Source: an uncultured virus (IMG/VR IMGVR_UViG_3300027763_000054)
Lineage: Duplodnaviria; Heunggongvirae; Uroviricota; Caudoviricetes
Virus record (IMG/VR): IMGVR_UViG_3300027763_000054
Direction: 5' to 3' (one strand)
DNA: 64,000 nucleotides
Within the stretch, counting starts at the first letter, position 1. Each line of letters opens with the position of its first letter. Of the stretch, positions 1-9,026 are shown piece by piece. The notes below the pieces were generated by a model. The model did not search any database and had not been told where the DNA came from. It was given only the letters and a program-made list of their open reading frames with translations. The position numbers were made by a program, and so were the translations under genes.

Positions 1-1
1 T

Positions 2-1408
2 GATGCAAGTGGTAACTTTACAGCCGGTACAATTACAGCCTCATTGACTGGTAACGTAACTGGTAACGTAACTGGTACTTCTGGTTCAACAACTGGTAAT
101 GCCGCAACTGTAACAAACGGTGTCTACACAACTGATACTGGTACAGTTACTAACACAATGTTAGCTGGTAGTATTGCTGATACTAAACTATCAACAATCA
201 GTACAGCTGGTAAAGTAAGTAACTCAGCTACAACAGCCGCAAGTGCAAATACAGCAAGTGCAATCGTTGCACGTGATGCAAGTGGTAATTTTACTGCTGG
301 TACAATTACTGCTAACTTAGTTGGTAATGTAACTGGTACAATCACTGGTGGTATCACTGGTAATGCCGCAACTGCTACAGCATTGGCTACAGCACGTACA
401 ATCAACGGCGTAAGCTTTGATGGTAGCGCCAACGTAACAGTTCACACAGCTGGTACAGGTATTAGTATTTCTGGTGCTTCAGTTGCAGTTGATACATCTA
501 CAATCGCTACTAAAGCATACGCTGACAGTGCCGCTTCAGCAGCCGCAGCCGCAATAGTTGCAAGTGCTCCAGCAGCCTTAGACACATTAAATGAATTAGC
601 AACAGCATTAGGTAATGATGCAAGTTTTGCTACTACAACTGCTACTTCATTAGGTAACAGATTACGTGTTGATACAGCCGCACAAGGTCTAACAGGTACA
701 CAGCAATCAAATGCTCGTACTAACTTGGGTCTAGCAACTGTAGCTTCAAGTGGTGCATACTCTGACTTGTCAGGTAAGCCAACTAACGTTAGTTCTTTCA
801 CTAACGATAGCGCATACATCACAACAGCTGGTGCTCGTAGCGCAGTTAGCTTTACAGCTGGTTCTGGTGCTTACAACAGTACAACTGGTGCATTCACTAT
901 TCCTACTAACACTAACCAATTGACTAACGGTGCTGGTTTTATTACTGGTTACACTGAAACTGACACATTGGCAACTGTTACAGCTCGTGGTGCAACAACT
1001 ACAGCGGCATTGAGTACAGGTGCTTTAACAGTTACTGGTGGCATTACTGCTACTGGTGAAATTACAGCTTACTATTCTGATGCTAACTTGAAGAAAGACA
1101 TTGCTCCAATTCAAGATCCAATTGGCAAAGTAATGGCACTAAGTGGTGTTACATTCCGTCCAAACGATGCTGCCTTGGCACTAGGCATTGTTGACAAGGA
1201 AGAAGTTGGTGTTATTGCTCAGGATGTTGAAGCAGTATTACCACAGTTGGTAGTTCCAAGTGCATTTGCTGGTTACAAAACTGTTAAGTATGACAAGCTA
1301 ACAGCTTTATTACTAGAAGCAGTTAAAGTACAGCAACTGATGATTGAAAATCTACAAGCTGAAGTAACAGCAATGAAGGTTGGAAAAACGGCTAATGATA
1401 GCCTATAA
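2..1408 (+). CDS. Tail fibre protein with C-terminal intramolecular chaperone (peptidase S74-like); 5' truncated by window edge
   Basis: Frame is open from position 2. Thr/Gly/Ala-rich repeats (DASGNFTAGTITA x2, TGNV), an APAALDTLNELATALGND motif, and a C-terminal YYSDANLKKDI...GVIAQDVEAVLP...VKYDKLTALLLEAVK S74 signature. Confidence 0.85.
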   Translation, partial: DASGNFTAGTITASLTGNVTGNVTGTSGSTTGNAATVTNGVYTTDTGTVTNTMLAGSIADTKLSTISTAGKVSNSATTAASANTASAIVARDASGNFTAGTITANLVGNVTGTITGGITGNAATATALATARTINGVSFDGSANVTVHTAGTGISISGASVAVDTSTIATKAYADSAASAAAAAIVASAPAALDTLNELATALGNDASFATTTATSLGNRLRVDTAAQGLTGTQQSNARTNLGLATVASSGAYSDLSGKPTNVSSFTNDSAYITTAGARSAVSFTAGSGAYNSTTGAFTIPTNTNQLTNGAGFITGYTETDTLATVTARGATTTAALSTGALTVTGGITATGEITAYYSDANLKKDIAPIQDPIGKVMALSGVTFRPNDAALALGIVDKEEVGVIAQDVEAVLPQLVVPSAFAGYKTVKYDKLTALLLEAVKVQQLMIENLQAEVTAMKVGKTANDSL

Positions 1409-1437
1409 TATCCGGTAACTAGAGAGGAGACTAAATT

Positions 1438-1629
1438 ATGGCAATCCTTCCAGCAACCGGGTCAGCAATTGTGATGGGCCGAGTATATACATCGTATTAC
1501 AACGCCACAGCAACAGCTGGTACTAACGTGACACTACGTGGCACGTTAGGCAGTCGAATTAGTATCACAACTGGTGCTATTAGCCTAAGTTCAAACTTTG
1601 GCGGTAGAACAACACCATACACATACTAA
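1438..1629 (+). CDS. Small tail-fibre-associated protein
   Basis: 63-aa ORF with GAGGAG RBS directly after the fibre gene, followed by a terminator. Confidence 0.65.
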   Translation: MAILPATGSAIVMGRVYTSYYNATATAGTNVTLRGTLGSRISITTGAISLSSNFGGRTTPYTY

Positions 1630-1654
1630 TTAGATTATCAAAACTGTAAGTAGA

Positions 1655-1678
1655 GAAAGGGGCAGAAATGCCCCTTTC
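1655..1678 (+). terminator. Intrinsic terminator-like hairpin
   Basis: GAAAGGGGCA-GAAA-TGCCCCTTTC followed by T-rich sequence. Confidence 0.65.
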
Positions 1679-1733
1679 CATTTGGCTATTTTTTAAAAAA
1701 CTAATTTGATATATAGTTGATAAGGAGACCACT

Positions 1734-2243
1734 ATGTCACTAACACAAAACGAAATTTTATCTAAGGCTATCGGCCTTTTAAAACAGGTACCATATAGAA
1801 CAGAGTTTGAAAGAGAAAACTTTTTGTTTGGTACAATTTCTGGACCACGATTGTTAATTGCGCTATGCAAAGAAATTGACAGTCTAAATACTCAATATGA
1901 AAAGTCAACTCAAGATTGGATGAAAAGTTCAATTTTAGAAGAAATGAACATTATCAATGTTAAAATTGAAGAATTGTCTGCAGAGTATGGTTTAAATCTT
2001 AGGGAAGAACTAGAAAAAGCCGAAAGTGCCCACTGGGTTGAAGAATTGGCTCGTCAAGCATCAGTTGAAGCATTGTGTCAAGAAGTTACACCAGAAAATA
2101 TGGGGACACTTCTTAAATTACCAGCTGAGTTGTACGAAGAAGCTATCACAAAGACTCAACAATATCTAAATGTTATTAACAAAACTACTCGTATCGCCGA
2201 ACGTAAAGCAAACATCAGTAACATTTCAGCTGAAGACGAATAA
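1734..2243 (+). CDS. Hypothetical helical protein
   Basis: 169-aa ORF with AAGGAG RBS. Confidence 0.7.
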   Translation: MSLTQNEILSKAIGLLKQVPYRTEFERENFLFGTISGPRLLIALCKEIDSLNTQYEKSTQDWMKSSILEEMNIINVKIEELSAEYGLNLREELEKAESAHWVEELARQASVEALCQEVTPENMGTLLKLPAELYEEAITKTQQYLNVINKTTRIAERKANISNISAEDE

Positions 2244-2245
2244 TT

Positions 2246-2881
2246 ATGGGACGTAGTATATTTGATAAAGATGAACCCTTAAGTTCAAATGTAGTTATAT
2301 GTGTACCAACCAATGGGTTGGTACATTCTCGATTTACATATTGCTTGGTTCGAGCTATTACATATACACAAAATAAAGGTATCCCTGTAACATTGGAAAT
2401 GGATGAAGGTACTGTTTTAAGTAATCAACGTCAAGCATTACAGGATAGGGCAATTGATGAGTTAAAGGCAGAACATATACTTTGGCTAGACAGTGATATG
2501 ACATTTCCACCGAATGTAATTATAAGGTTGCTCAAACATAAAAAGGATGTGATATGTGCTACATATTCAAAACGAGTACCACCTTTTCATCCTACAGCGT
2601 TTCAAAGCATTAATCCAGTTAGGCCTGTTGATTTAAATCATAATGGTTTAGAGGTTGTAAAATATGCTGGCATGGGCTGTATGCTAGTCAAAGCAAGCAT
2701 AATTGATCATTTACCAAGTCCACATTATCCACTTCAATGGGACGCACAAGCACATTGTTGGCATGGCGAAGATATGGGATTTTGTGACCAACTTGATAAA
2801 GAAGGCATTAAACTTTATTGTGATTTACAACTTAGTCGAGAGATAGGTCATGTAGGTCAACAAGAATTTTTATTGAAGTAG
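2246..2881 (+). CDS. GT-A fold (GT2-like) glycosyltransferase
   Basis: VVICVP N-terminal strand, HILWLDSD DxD motif, GMGCMLVK, GEDMGFC and GH motifs. Confidence 0.75.
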   Translation: MGRSIFDKDEPLSSNVVICVPTNGLVHSRFTYCLVRAITYTQNKGIPVTLEMDEGTVLSNQRQALQDRAIDELKAEHILWLDSDMTFPPNVIIRLLKHKKDVICATYSKRVPPFHPTAFQSINPVRPVDLNHNGLEVVKYAGMGCMLVKASIIDHLPSPHYPLQWDAQAHCWHGEDMGFCDQLDKEGIKLYCDLQLSREIGHVGQQEFLLK

Positions 2882-3260
2882 GAATGCTTGTAAAAAATGC
2901 ACTCCACTTTGTTGATTTTCTTAAATTTATACTAGCTGATATGTGATATTCTTGTAGCGAATCATCTTTGAGGATATTTCGCATTAAAGCACCGTCAAGA
3001 ACGGTGCTTTTCACTATGTCTGTTCTTAAATCTAAATCATAAACAATGCTATTCAATAGTGGATGACTCCATGCACAATTTCTAATTAGGCTTTGTGTTT
3101 CTAAATACCATCTCTCAGTGTAACAAACAGATTCTTTATAAAGTTTATTGAGTAAAGGATTATTAAGTCTAGGTGACCAACACGAATAAAAAGCAATTTG
3201 CTGGTGAGGACCAGAATATACATTATTTTTATTAGTCTGATTTTTAATTACTGTTAACAT
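2832..3260 (-). CDS. Hypothetical protein
   Basis: 142-aa ORF co-oriented with and overlapping the Nudix gene. Confidence 0.5.
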   Translation of the reverse strand: MLTVIKNQTNKNNVYSGPHQQIAFYSCWSPRLNNPLLNKLYKESVCYTERWYLETQSLIRNCAWSHPLLNSIVYDLDLRTDIVKSTVLDGALMRNILKDDSLQEYHISASINLRKSTKWSAFFTSIPTSIKILVDLHDLSLD

Positions 3261-3675
3261 TTCCTAATAAACCTTCTAATGTCTGACGAAATCCTTTGCT
3301 ACTAAACATCTTTGCTGTATTCTTATGTAGCGGCAAAGGCCAGCAACCAATATCTACCCAACAATGACCTGCACTTTCGCTATCTAGAGCCGGAACAAAC
3401 TCATCTTCACATAAAATTAAATAGCTAACATGTCTAAATCTTTTGTCTTTGGTAGTAAATGTATAAACATGGCTCATTGCAACAGTATTAGGCACACCAG
3501 GTGAACCCAATTCTTCACATAATTCTCTATTGAGTCCTTCAAGGTCGCCTTCAGTATGCTCTAGTTTTCCACCCCAGATACCCCAGCATAGCCCGTGCGT
3601 TTCTTCTGGACTACGAAGCTGTAGCATTGCCCTACCTGTACGTTTACTAACAATTAATGCGCCAACTGCTCTCAT
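3244..3675 (-). CDS. Nudix hydrolase
   Basis: Nudix box GGKLEHTEGDLEGLNRELCEELG. Confidence 0.85.
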   Translation of the reverse strand: MRAVGALIVSKRTGRAMLQLRSPEETHGLCWGIWGGKLEHTEGDLEGLNRELCEELGSPGVPNTVAMSHVYTFTTKDKRFRHVSYLILCEDEFVPALDSESAGHCWVDIGCWPLPLHKNTAKMFSSKGFRQTLEGLLGNVNSN

Positions 3676-3683
3676 AATAATAA

Positions 3684-5042
3684 TTAGTTTACAATGCGCC
3701 AGGCTCCTTGCTCGAATACGCCTTCAATTGCCAATGACCATTCTTTGTTATCAAAGTAAAGCTTTTTCATGGTGTTGGCATTTGTGGTGTAGCCAGTTGA
3801 ATTGACAGCACTTGCGTCAAAACTAACAATCCAATTGCTACCATTGTATTCAACAATATCGTTGGCACTGGCTACTAAATTACCCCACAATCCATTTTGA
3901 ACGATGTCATTTGTAAGCAGGTAACGTTGACCATATGATGGCATTGGTATATTGCCAACGCCGGGTCCGCCTTTAGTAGGATCCACAATACCATTGATCA
4001 TTCTAAAATCATCTGCTGGCAACGTTGAGGTGTCAACTGAGTACGACAATACATTGTCATTACCCTCAACAGCAATGGCATGTAGAATAACTTCTTGTGG
4101 AGCAGTTAAATCGCCCAGTTTAAGAATAATTTCAGTAATTCCATTGTTAAGTCCACCATATGGCGCCAAATGCTTTGTCCAACTTAGTAAGCCGCCATTG
4201 GTATCTTCGCGGTCGTCTACTGAACCATCAAAGTTTAGCAATTGTATAAAATCACCTGACACTTTAATGTGCCTGTCTTTGAAAGTAATATATTGCCGGC
4301 TTTGGTAGTTGTTACTGATAATAATATCATCTAACAAGCTTGCACCGTAATGATCTGAAGTGCCAATATTATTAATAATTGTATGAATAAGAACTTGCCG
4401 CTTTACCTTGGCCGGCGGCGTTAAGAAGATAGGCAATGAGAAAATTAAACTTGATACATCAATAATGTCATCTGTGCCTTGTGGAATACTACGAGCAGTC
4501 CAGGTAATGTTCATAAGTTCAACAACTGCCAAGCTTGTCCAGTCATATGGGTTTTGACTACTTTGTAAGTTTACACTTGGATTGAATAGTAATAGTATCT
4601 GTTCTAACAACTGAAGTTTTTGTTCAGTATTACTGGTCCAAATGTCCACGTTAATTGTTAAGTCAAAGGGAATAGGACTTGTACGCTCTAGTGTATAAGT
4701 TTCGCCCACAGCGTTTTGACTTGTACCCGCCGCAGGATCAAATGCTTTTTCGTAAATCTGTACACTGTCCTGAAATGTTGGCGTCATCCTACGAGTAGCA
4801 CTTGGCACAAGTTCAGCGATGTAGCAACTGATAGCAGGAACACTTAACATTGTGTTTTCGCTGTTGTTTCTCAAAATGTGTTGGCTCATACGAGTTGTAT
4901 CGCCATAACGAACAGGAACCTGATGGTAGTAATCACTGCCAGTTTCATCCTTGCCCATTTTAACACTGAAGCCACCAAACAGACGCATGAACTGTAGCAA
5001 CCAGCGCCTAATTTGTTGATCGTAAAAATAAGATTGTGCCAT
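3684..5042 (-). CDS. Tail terminator / sheath stabiliser (T4 gp15-like) with C-terminal extension
   Basis: YFYDQQIRR N-terminus, VPVRYG, and PIPFDLTINVDIW...QLLEQILLLFNP motif typical of gp15-like proteins. Confidence 0.7.
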   Translation of the reverse strand: MAQSYFYDQQIRRWLLQFMRLFGGFSVKMGKDETGSDYYHQVPVRYGDTTRMSQHILRNNSENTMLSVPAISCYIAELVPSATRRMTPTFQDSVQIYEKAFDPAAGTSQNAVGETYTLERTSPIPFDLTINVDIWTSNTEQKLQLLEQILLLFNPSVNLQSSQNPYDWTSLAVVELMNITWTARSIPQGTDDIIDVSSLIFSLPIFLTPPAKVKRQVLIHTIINNIGTSDHYGASLLDDIIISNNYQSRQYITFKDRHIKVSGDFIQLLNFDGSVDDREDTNGGLLSWTKHLAPYGGLNNGITEIILKLGDLTAPQEVILHAIAVEGNDNVLSYSVDTSTLPADDFRMINGIVDPTKGGPGVGNIPMPSYGQRYLLTNDIVQNGLWGNLVASANDIVEYNGSNWIVSFDASAVNSTGYTTNANTMKKLYFDNKEWSLAIEGVFEQGAWRIVN

Positions 5043-6145
5043 TAATTGTCTGCCTTAGGTTTTGTAAAAATTTTACTCAATGCTTGCCGCTCAGGCATTG
5101 GTTTGTCGTTAGTACTTTGATTATTAACAGACACAGAGTTTACATTGTTAATAAAGGTACCAGCATTAACTGTGGCTGTTGTCCAGGCCATACCTTCATT
5201 CCTGTCCATAATTCTTTGCCATTTAGTGCCACGGAATACAAATAATCGATTAGGTTGGAAATCAACTCGTATAAAATAGTCGCCTTGTGAAGCATTTTGT
5301 GGGAAACTTAATCCACTTGGTATTTGTGATGTATCACCACCAGCAAACGCAGTTTCTGACGAGTTAACAACAATGTCAGACTTGCCACTACCGTCAAATC
5401 CATTGATGACAGGAACATAGGTTGTTGAACCGATAATGGGATTATTATATCCAGCCGCTGGCGTCACCACTTCCGCACTGGCCAAAATAGCATTGGAAAT
5501 TTCCATCTCACGATTGTAGGTGCTTAAAGCATTTTTCAAGCTATCTTCATCTTCTGGATTACCAAGTAAGCCACGATATTCCTGTGCATCATTGATTGGG
5601 CTGACCTTGATTCTCCACAAGTGCGGCCACCATGTTGGACCAAAACCTTCAGCGGCACGTGCGGCATCTTGTACAGCATAGAATTTGTTGATACTTGATT
5701 TAGTAGCATCAAGTAATAGGTCATCATTTAAGTGTGGTAACTCAATCACATCACCAGGCATTAGTTTGCGTCCAAGACGCTCTACCATTTCGTTAGTGTG
5801 AAATGTAATAAACAGTGTATCTGAATTTAAGAACAGACCAAATTGACTTAGGTCAAAGTCTTGATCACTCACATTGTAACTACCGCGCAATTCATATATG
5901 TTTGTATCATAAACACGATCGCGGTTTTCCATAAACAAAATATCCTGGATGTCAAGTTCTGTAATCTGGTCCTTTTTGTTTAAGTTTGGTTTAGCAGGAT
6001 CAGAACCATCTTCTACTGCCGCAGGCCCAAGATATTTGTGGACCAACATAGTAGTTCCGCCAGCATTGATTGCTTCCCGGATTAATCGGTCCTGAAAATG
6101 ATAATCTTTGGTTTTTGCGTTTTTCCAAAGCGAAATTCGTGGCAT
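5042..6145 (-). CDS. Neck / head-closure protein (T4 gp14-like)
   Basis: DLSQFGLFL..DTLFITFH...GDVIELP motif; adjacent to the gp15-like gene. Confidence 0.6.
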   Translation of the reverse strand: MPRISLWKNAKTKDYHFQDRLIREAINAGGTTMLVHKYLGPAAVEDGSDPAKPNLNKKDQITELDIQDILFMENRDRVYDTNIYELRGSYNVSDQDFDLSQFGLFLNSDTLFITFHTNEMVERLGRKLMPGDVIELPHLNDDLLLDATKSSINKFYAVQDAARAAEGFGPTWWPHLWRIKVSPINDAQEYRGLLGNPEDEDSLKNALSTYNREMEISNAILASAEVVTPAAGYNNPIIGSTTYVPVINGFDGSGKSDIVVNSSETAFAGGDTSQIPSGLSFPQNASQGDYFIRVDFQPNRLFVFRGTKWQRIMDRNEGMAWTTATVNAGTFINNVNSVSVNNQSTNDKPMPERQALSKIFTKPKADN

Positions 6146-6193
6146 AGTGTAAAGTGGTCCTTGATTTATACTTTATTTACCGGTTTTATATAC

Positions 6194-6222
6194 TTGACAG
6201 AGCCGCAAAGATAAGTTATAAT
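6194..6222 (+). promoter_or_regulatory. sigma70-type promoter
   Basis: TTGACA-17 bp-TATAAT upstream of ORF 6255. Confidence 0.8.
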
Positions 6223-6254
6223 AGACAAATCGTTTAACACTTTTAGGAGTAAAA

Positions 6255-7463
6255 ATGGCTACAGCAACCAAAAAGGCACCTGCTAAACCAGCTCGTGTAA
6301 CTAAGAAGCAAGTAATTGCACATCGTACCAAAACAGCCCGAGACCTTAGCCCACATTGGGATGGCGCTCAAGAATGGGACGAGACAAAATTTACAAGCCA
6401 TTTCCGTACAGCAATGTCTTACTATCGCCTTGAGTCATCAATAAAGGACATGCGATTAAAAGTTGTAGAATGGATGGAACTGAATAGCTACGGCAAAGAT
6501 GAAATTAACACGTTCCGTAAACTCAAAGATAGCCGTTTAAGTAGCACTATGTGTGCTATTGCCGCTTGCTTGCTCCGCGGTATGCCAGAAGTACACGAAA
6601 GCTTTAACAGCGGTAAGGACACTGGCGCATGGTTGCGTGGTGCGATTGCAGATTCCATTAAATCAGGTACGCATGATAACAATGAGCCCGAGGAAGATAC
6701 AGAAGCAAAGCCTGAAGTTAAAAAAGAAACAATACAAGACCGCCTAGCTGAAAAGTTTAGTGAAGCAATGGGCGAGATTGAAGGTGCCATTGACGAGTAT
6801 GTTACAAGTGGTAAAGAGTTTTCTACTTTCAAGTTCTTGTCTGCACAAAATATTGCGGTACAATACTCTACAAAAATTGCAGACATTATCCAGCCTAAGA
6901 TTGATGAGATGAATGAATTCTTAGAAGGTACAGATGCCCAATTGCTTGAAGGTTATAAACACCTAGGTAAGCGCGATGCCAAGAACATTATTAAGTTTTA
7001 CGAAGCCATCATTAACGATGCCAGCGCATATAAAACTAGTAAAATTGCTACACGTGCCAAACCTAAACGCAAACCTGTTCCACCAGAGCGCCAAGTTAAA
7101 GGTCTTAAGTTCCTTAAAGAATTTGCAGAACTTGGGCTTAAGAGTATTAACCCAACAGAGATCTTGGGCATGAGCGAGCTGTGGACTTACAACACCAAAA
7201 CACGCAAGCTGGGACGTTTTGTTGTAGCAATGCATGGTGATATGGTTGTAGGACAGCTGGGTGTTAAGGGTAGTGCTATCATTGGCTACGATGAGATTAA
7301 GAGCACTACCAAAACATTACGTAAACCTGTAGAACAATTAGCAAGCTTTAAAACACAAGGCAAACCTGGACTCCGCAAGTTTATGGACACTATAAAAGCA
7401 GTAGAAACTAAGCTTAAAGGACGCATTTCGCCAGATACAATCTTATTACGTGCTATTAAGTAA
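6255..7463 (+). CDS. Hypothetical protein (early)
   Basis: 402-aa ORF, AGGAG RBS, own sigma70 promoter; no motif recognised. Confidence 0.8.
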   Translation: MATATKKAPAKPARVTKKQVIAHRTKTARDLSPHWDGAQEWDETKFTSHFRTAMSYYRLESSIKDMRLKVVEWMELNSYGKDEINTFRKLKDSRLSSTMCAIAACLLRGMPEVHESFNSGKDTGAWLRGAIADSIKSGTHDNNEPEEDTEAKPEVKKETIQDRLAEKFSEAMGEIEGAIDEYVTSGKEFSTFKFLSAQNIAVQYSTKIADIIQPKIDEMNEFLEGTDAQLLEGYKHLGKRDAKNIIKFYEAIINDASAYKTSKIATRAKPKRKPVPPERQVKGLKFLKEFAELGLKSINPTEILGMSELWTYNTKTRKLGRFVVAMHGDMVVGQLGVKGSAIIGYDEIKSTTKTLRKPVEQLASFKTQGKPGLRKFMDTIKAVETKLKGRISPDTILLRAIK

Positions 7464-7473
7464 CTTTTAATCC

Positions 7474-7504
7474 AGTGTCTCCGGTAAATACTATCGGAGA
7501 CACT
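7474..7504 (+). promoter_or_regulatory. RBS-sequestering hairpin with late motif TAAATA in its loop
   Basis: AGTGTCTCCG / CGGAGACACT perfect 10-bp stem; TAAATA at 7485-7490; GGAG in the 3' arm. Confidence 0.7.
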
Positions 7505-7506
7505 AC

Positions 7507-8259
7507 ATGGAAGATATTAAACAAACTGAACATCAACGTGCATCAAAATACATCGAGTTACAACTCGGTGGTGGCATGGTTGATGTTGAATTAGATAAAG
7601 AACACTACGACATGGCCATTGATAAGGCTATTTCTAAGTATCGTCAACGATCAAGTCGTGCTGTAGAAGAAAGCTTCATGATTTTAAATATGAAGACAGG
7701 CGAAGCAGATTACTACTTACCCAAAGAAATTATTGATGTTAAAGTTATCTATCGTCAAAGCGCAGGTGGCGTTAGTACAACAGCTACAAACTTTGAACCA
7801 TTTGAAGCTGGTTACTTAAACATGTATATGTTAAATGCCGCACGTGGACAAGGCCTTGCTACCTTTGATATGTGGATGGGACAGCGAGAAATGCTTGGTA
7901 GAATGTTTGGTGCTTACGTTACATTCCAATGGTCGTCTACAAGAAAACACCTACACATTGACAGATATGTCAAAGCAGATGAACCAGTCATCTTACACAC
8001 TTATAACTATCGTCCAGATGAAGACCTACTAAGTGATGTTAGTGCTAGTCCATGGCTACGCGACTATGCATTAGCTAATGCTAAACTAATGCTAGGACAA
8101 GCTCGTAGCAAATTTGCTAGTTTAGCTGGCCCACAGGGTGGGGTACAATTAAACGGTTCAGACTTGATCAATCAAGCAACTGCTGAAATTGAAAAGCTAG
8201 AAGAAGAACTCAAAACCTACAGCGAAGGCGGCACACCGCTTGGCTTTATTATTGGCTAA
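7507..8259 (+). CDS. Neck protein (T4 gp13-like)
   Basis: LGGGMVDVELD...WLRDYALA.AK..LGQARSKF...GPQGGVQLNG...PLGFIIG pattern. Confidence 0.8.
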   Translation: MEDIKQTEHQRASKYIELQLGGGMVDVELDKEHYDMAIDKAISKYRQRSSRAVEESFMILNMKTGEADYYLPKEIIDVKVIYRQSAGGVSTTATNFEPFEAGYLNMYMLNAARGQGLATFDMWMGQREMLGRMFGAYVTFQWSSTRKHLHIDRYVKADEPVILHTYNYRPDEDLLSDVSASPWLRDYALANAKLMLGQARSKFASLAGPQGGVQLNGSDLINQATAEIEKLEEELKTYSEGGTPLGFIIG

Positions 8260-8300
8260 ACTGATATTGTTTTGCTGTTACAATTGTGTTATATTAGCAC

Positions 8301-8924
8301 ATGACTAAACAAATTATTGGTATCTGTGGTTTTATTGGTTCTGGCAAAGACACCGCCGCAGATTACCTAGTTAACTTCCACGAGTTTCGCAGAGACTCCT
8401 TTGCCTCCACACTCAAAGATGCAGTGGCCGCAGTATTTGGTTGGGATCGGGAACTCCTTGAAGGCCGTACAAAACAAGCCCGCGAATGGCGTGAACAGGT
8501 AGACCCGTGGTGGGCAGAACGACTAGCAATGCCTACACTAACACCGCGTTGGGTACTACAATACTGGGGCACAGAAGTATGCCGTAAGAGTTTCCATGAT
8601 GATATATGGATTGCTAGCCTAGAGGCTCGACTACGCAATGCTTCGGATAATATTGTTATTAGTGATTGTCGTTTTCCTAATGAAATTTTAGCCATTAAAA
8701 ATGCAGGTGGTACAGTAATTTGGGTACAGCGTGGTGTTTTACCACATTGGCATGATATTGCCAGTCAAGCAAATGGTGGCTCAACAAAAGCGGCAGAATG
8801 GCTTAAACAAGAAGGCATTCATGCCAGTGAAACTGCTTGGGTTGGTACTAGTTTTGATGCCATTGTTGATAACAACGGTAGCGTTGACGACTTGTATAAA
8901 CAACTTGCTACTATTGCCCAGTGA
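8301..8924 (+). CDS. Deoxynucleoside monophosphate kinase (T4 gp1-like)
   Basis: IIGICGFIGSGKDT P-loop, SFA..LK, LQYWGTEVCR, ISDCRFPNE, HASE. Confidence 0.9.
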   Translation: MTKQIIGICGFIGSGKDTAADYLVNFHEFRRDSFASTLKDAVAAVFGWDRELLEGRTKQAREWREQVDPWWAERLAMPTLTPRWVLQYWGTEVCRKSFHDDIWIASLEARLRNASDNIVISDCRFPNEILAIKNAGGTVIWVQRGVLPHWHDIASQANGGSTKAAEWLKQEGIHASETAWVGTSFDAIVDNNGSVDDLYKQLATIAQ

Positions 8925-9026
8925 CCTTAAGATTTTGTTTTTCCGCTAAATAGGCTCAAAAACAAAATTTATACTAAATATCTCTATGAAGGGTAGGAAA
9001 AGCCCTTAGATTACGGAGATATTTAT

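Noticed and set aside
124..822. Antisense ORFs within the tail fibre (and similar shadow ORFs across the window)
   Set aside because: Mirror frames of codon-biased genes, with no RBS or recognisable motifs.
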